DNA of 64,000 bases from the NCBI GenBank assembly GCA_030141605.1, contig JAQGDQ010002369.1, forward strand, positions 186,001-250,000, read 5' to 3'. The position numbers and the translations under genes were made by a program. The stretch's first letter is position 1, and each line of letters starts with the position of its first letter. The DNA is from Tubiluchus corallicola (taxonomy: Eukaryota; Animalia; Priapulida). Below are positions 60,552 through 64,000 of the stretch, one piece after another. The notes beneath the pieces were generated by a model, which saw only the letters and a list, made by a program, of their open reading frames with translations, searched no databases and was not told the origin of the DNA.

Positions 60552-61463
60552 TTAAAACAAGAACCTCTTTTTCTGCGATTTTTTTGTCTTCTTTTGAGAT
60601 AAAAGATGGACTTTCCTACCGTACGCAACTTCATGAAGATTTTCAATCGCCATGAATGCGGTAGGATCTTCGTTGAGAACGATCTCTTTCAATTCAGCCA
60701 AGTCCAATCTTTCCACGATGACAAACAGGACGTCCCGATCTTCTCCGGAAAAGCCTCCTTTTCCCTTGATGACCGTTAGACCAAGGCCCAATTCATGCAT
60801 GATGATTTTTCGGATGGCATCAGGTTTGGAGGAAAGAATAAGGGCTGATTTCAACTCATCGAGTCCGGCAATCACAATATCGATCATTTTGAAGGCAACG
60901 ATGTATGTCATCAATGATCGTAAAGCAATGTGCCAGTCCATAAAGATCCAGCCGTAGGCCGCAAAGATGAATACGTTAATGACCAGGACGATCTGGCCAA
61001 CAGTAAATCCCATCTTCCTGTTGATCAGGATCGCTAGAATTTCCGTACCATCTGTACAGGCACCGTTTCGAATGATCAGTCCCACTCCAATACCCAGAAT
61101 CGCGCCACCAAATACAATGACTTCAAGAGGGTCTGCCTCAAAAGCAGGGAATGCTTCGAGCACAAGCAAAAATATGGCAAACATAATGACCGCGATCGTC
61201 ATCTGTATCACAAAGGTGCGCCTAATGAACTTGTAAGCCAGATAGATAAACGGCAAATTGAACAGGATCAAGAACAGGGAAAGATAGCTGCCGCCAAACA
61301 GTCTCGCGCAAATCAGTGAAATACCAATCACCCCGCCATCGATCAGTTGGTTCGGATAGAGAAAAACTCTGATGGAAAGAGCGGCAAGAAAAGCCCCTAT
61401 TGCAATCCAGAAGTAATTGACGATGTGTTGACGAAGGGTCTTGGGCGCGGACTTACTAACCAT
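60552..61463 (-). CDS. YitT family membrane protein
   Basis: DGGVIG, NLPF, GA..DGTE, DP.AF. Confidence 0.9.
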   Translation of the reverse strand: MVSKSAPKTLRQHIVNYFWIAIGAFLAALSIRVFLYPNQLIDGGVIGISLICARLFGGSYLSLFLILFNLPFIYLAYKFIRRTFVIQMTIAVIMFAIFLLVLEAFPAFEADPLEVIVFGGAILGIGVGLIIRNGACTDGTEILAILINRKMGFTVGQIVLVINVFIFAAYGWIFMDWHIALRSLMTYIVAFKMIDIVIAGLDELKSALILSSKPDAIRKIIMHELGLGLTVIKGKGGFSGEDRDVLFVIVERLDLAELKEIVLNEDPTAFMAIENLHEVAYGRKVHLLSQKKTKKSQKKRFLF

Positions 61464-61546
61464 AACAAAAAAGTTTAAGGTTTGAGCATAAAAATGCAAC
61501 AACTGTTTGGGTGATATTGAACCCATTTTGGACAGGTTCAAAGATG

Positions 61547-61620
61547 CGCGGGAGACGAGACTCGAACTCGCAACTTCTGGCGTGACAGGCCAGTGCTCTA
61601 ACCAATTGAACTACTCCCGC
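61547..61620 (-). tRNA. tRNA-Asp (GTC)
   Basis: GCGGGAG acceptor stem, CTGGC-CTGTCAC-GCCAG anticodon arm, GTTCGAG. Confidence 0.95.
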
Positions 61621-61631
61621 ATCACAATCTA

Positions 61632-61704
61632 TGGGCGCAACAGGACTCGAACCTATGACCACCTGCGTGTAAGGCAGGTGCTCTACCAACTGAGCTATGC
61701 GCCC
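61632..61704 (-). tRNA. tRNA-Val (TAC)
   Basis: GGGCGCA acceptor stem, CCTGC-CTTACAC-GCAGG anticodon arm, GGTTCGAG. Confidence 0.95.
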
Positions 61705-61942
61705 AATAGAAGCATATAATTTACTTTGTCGGCTCATTTTCTACAATCGGAATCTTGTTTTTGTTTATGAGAGGAACAATCTGGACATCCTGAAATCGCG
61801 TCGTATTTGGAAACCAAAATATCCCATTGTGCGATCTCCTAAATCGACATTAAGTTGGTTTTAAAGAGTTTTTTTTTAATAATTTTGTTTTTATATTCTA
61901 TGAGATTCTGATATTATTGATGTAAATTTTGAAAACATTATT

Positions 61943-62734
61943 ATGTCAATAAGTCAAGTTTCTTTATTTAAAGCCCTTCCGACTTCTCAGGAGAAGCCCT
62001 TGATCGAAGAGCAGCCGGATCCCATCGTAGAAAAAGAGCCTGTCTCAGAGGATACCGTATCATCTGAGGCGGATACAGCTGCTAAAGAGCGAGAAGATTT
62101 GGAAAATCGGACGGCCCAAGCGCTGTGGAATCTCACTCAACTCCAGCAGTCTCTGCCTGTGATAAGCGCATTTGGAGCGCTTTGTCTTGCTAGTAGTGAC
62201 TTCCGTACGGGTTTAGGTGTTGGAACGGCTATCTCTTGTTCTCGTAAATTTCTTATGAGTAGTATTGCGGATTCTGAAACAGAAACAGAAGAAGAGCAGA
62301 AACTGGAAGACGGTGATCTGAAATACATATCGCGGCTCGACTGGGGCAATACCGTTTTGACTACTGCGGTTTATGAGGAGTTGGTTTATCGAGGGGTTGT
62401 CCAGGGAGCATTTAGTCTGGCCTTCAGTAATCTGTTCTCATTAATCTCCGATTCAGACGAGGCACAGAGAGCAGCCACTATTACTGCTATTGTATGCGCA
62501 TCTGTAGTTTTTGGTCTTCAGCATTTGGACACCGGTCATTCAAAAACCAAAACACAGAGTATCTCAGCTGCGATTGGATCGATTCCCTACGGCTTCTTAC
62601 GGGAGAAATTTGGGTTGATCAGTGCCATCGGAGCTCATATGGCGAATAACTTCTGTGCGTTAAGATCCATGGCTGAGGCTGTAAATTCTTCCATAAAAGA
62701 AGAAGAGGGAGTAAAAAAGAAAGAAACTGAATGA
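61943..62734 (+). CDS. CPBP/Abi (Rce1-like CAAX protease) with acidic N-terminal extension
   Basis: EELVYRG, FGLQH, HMANN. Confidence 0.85.
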   Translation: MSISQVSLFKALPTSQEKPLIEEQPDPIVEKEPVSEDTVSSEADTAAKEREDLENRTAQALWNLTQLQQSLPVISAFGALCLASSDFRTGLGVGTAISCSRKFLMSSIADSETETEEEQKLEDGDLKYISRLDWGNTVLTTAVYEELVYRGVVQGAFSLAFSNLFSLISDSDEAQRAATITAIVCASVVFGLQHLDTGHSKTKTQSISAAIGSIPYGFLREKFGLISAIGAHMANNFCALRSMAEAVNSSIKEEEGVKKKETE

Positions 62735-62737
62735 CGA

Positions 62738-63115
62738 ATGCACTTTCTTTTTCTTTTCCTTCTCCTTTTCGTATCCTGTTCTCCTCAATCCTATGAAGAT
62801 TTTCGTTATGAGGGAGAGGCCCTCGCACGCTCTATCGCACAAGATCTGAAGAGAGTGCAAACCAAAGAAGATCTCGAAAAAATTTCCCCAAAACTTCGGA
62901 AAAAATTCCAAAAGTTGGCCGATCTCATCATCTCTCTAAGAAAATTTACAGAAAAGCAGCCTCTTGAAGGAGCGTATTATTCAGCTTATGAGGCCAACGC
63001 AAATGAAGAACTCTTTCTTGAAATGAAACGGATCTATCAGATTCCGGGAGCGCGACAGATAATGGAAAAAACCCAGACCGATGCTCTTACTCGGATTCAG
63101 ATGAATCATCTTTGA
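62738..63115 (+). CDS. Putative lipoprotein
   Basis: Hydrophobic leader ending FVSC. Confidence 0.7.
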   Translation: MHFLFLFLLLFVSCSPQSYEDFRYEGEALARSIAQDLKRVQTKEDLEKISPKLRKKFQKLADLIISLRKFTEKQPLEGAYYSAYEANANEELFLEMKRIYQIPGARQIMEKTQTDALTRIQMNHL

Positions 63116-63878
63116 ATAGATTTCCAAAGAGATCTTCATGCTTGTCGTATAGCTCGTGATCGGTGATGTCGTTCACATGGATCGGAACGGCTGTGATATA
63201 ACCTTTCTCCAGTAAGGATACATCGGAAAGTTCATGCTCATCGAATTCACTCCACTTGCCGCCCATCCAGTAATACGATCTTCCTTCGGGATGCAACCGT
63301 TCTTCCGGGTTCTCCATCCAGTAGCCTTTGCCCTGCTTGGCCATTTTCGTCCCCTTGTAGGGAAGGTATTCCCTTGAGGGGAAATTCACATTCAAAAAAG
63401 AGCCTTCAGGAATGGAATGATCAGCAAAATGCTTCACGATAGGGTAAATAAAAGGTTCAGCCTCTTCATAGGGAGGATTGTGAAAGTCATAAGAAGAAAA
63501 GGCAATGCCGGGGACATTTTGGTGAACCCCTTCAATGATCCCTCCAACTGTCCCGCTGTAGAGAACAGTTCTGCCTGCGTTCGATCCCTTGTTGATTCCT
63601 GAGACGATTAGGTCAGGAGGATTGTCTTTGAGAAGGACACTCATAGCCATTTTAACACAATCGGTTGGAGTTCCATTCAATGACCATGCTGTCGTATTGC
63701 CTTCCCAATCGATCCTTTCAGGATACAGAGGTTTGGTCAGGGTTGTGGACAAGCCTGACCCCGATTTTTCCCAACTTGGGGCAACAATAGTAACCTCAGC
63801 ATGGTTGGACAACGCTTTCCAGAGATGTTTCAACCCTTTGGCACGGATGCCATCATCGTTAGTAAGCAGTATTTTCAT
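63087..63878 (-). CDS. surE: 5'/3'-nucleotidase SurE
   Basis: ILLTNDDG, GTPTDCV, SGIN.G.N, YSGTVG. Confidence 0.95.
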   Translation of the reverse strand: MKILLTNDDGIRAKGLKHLWKALSNHAEVTIVAPSWEKSGSGLSTTLTKPLYPERIDWEGNTTAWSLNGTPTDCVKMAMSVLLKDNPPDLIVSGINKGSNAGRTVLYSGTVGGIIEGVHQNVPGIAFSSYDFHNPPYEEAEPFIYPIVKHFADHSIPEGSFLNVNFPSREYLPYKGTKMAKQGKGYWMENPEERLHPEGRSYYWMGGKWSEFDEHELSDVSLLEKGYITAVPIHVNDITDHELYDKHEDLFGNLFKDDSSESE

Positions 63879-64000
63879 TACCCGTCTCTTTTTTTCGCGT
63901 GATCAAAGTGCCCAATAAAATGGCGAGAGAGCTTAGCAAAAATCCTGGGATCATTGCAGGGACCGCAAGACCCATAATTCTTGGAGAAAAGCCGTACCAG
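63859..64000 (-). CDS. C-terminus of a membrane protein running in from the right edge, possibly a sodium:solute symporter
   Basis: ..AMIPGFLLSSLAILLGTLITRKK..* overlapping the surE start. Confidence 0.5.
   Translation of the reverse strand, partial: WYGFSPRIMGLAVPAMIPGFLLSSLAILLGTLITRKKETGNENTAY

Noticed and set aside
61456-61737. ORFs across the tRNA pair (and 9969..10247 across tRNA-Gln)
   Set aside because: Translations of tRNA genes
61547-62000. Island or prophage integrated at tRNA-Asp/Val
   Set aside because: No integrase and no duplicated tRNA 3' end seen

Overview
64-kb chromosomal segment of an environmental chlamydia (Chlamydiota, Parachlamydiales/Simkania-like). The assignment rests on chlamydial gene order: PLD-rpmB...malQ-scc1-copN-cdsV-cdsU-ychF-ribF-truB-rbfA-infB-nusA-rpsA; pgsA/glgA-tRNA-Gln-prs-rplY-pth-rpsF-rpsR-rplI-ispE; and rpe-efp-accB-accC. 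Most of the window is housekeeping, plus a T3SS subcluster and three tRNAs (Gln, Asp, Val). The most notable accessory signals: (i) a cluster of membrane-anchored, Pro-rich, coiled-coil effector/Inc-like genes at 16.7-20.4 kb, where two annotated ORFs are really one ~497-aa gene split at an A9 tract; (ii) a GC-rich structured element present as an inverted doublet between cdsV and copN; (iii) three ~155-165 bp palindromic MITE-like elements, one overlapping the 3' ends of both flanking genes; (iv) a CIRCE operator inside the rlmN 3' end, upstream of a small heat-shock gene; (v) truncated or degenerate enzymes (HldE, RibF, aspartokinase without ACT domains coupled to a 646-aa unknown, non-canonical EF-P). 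Five genes carry single-base frameshifts, all explainable at short homopolymers, so assembly error must be excluded before calling them pseudogenes or phase-variable. No CRISPR array, transposase or prophage was seen.
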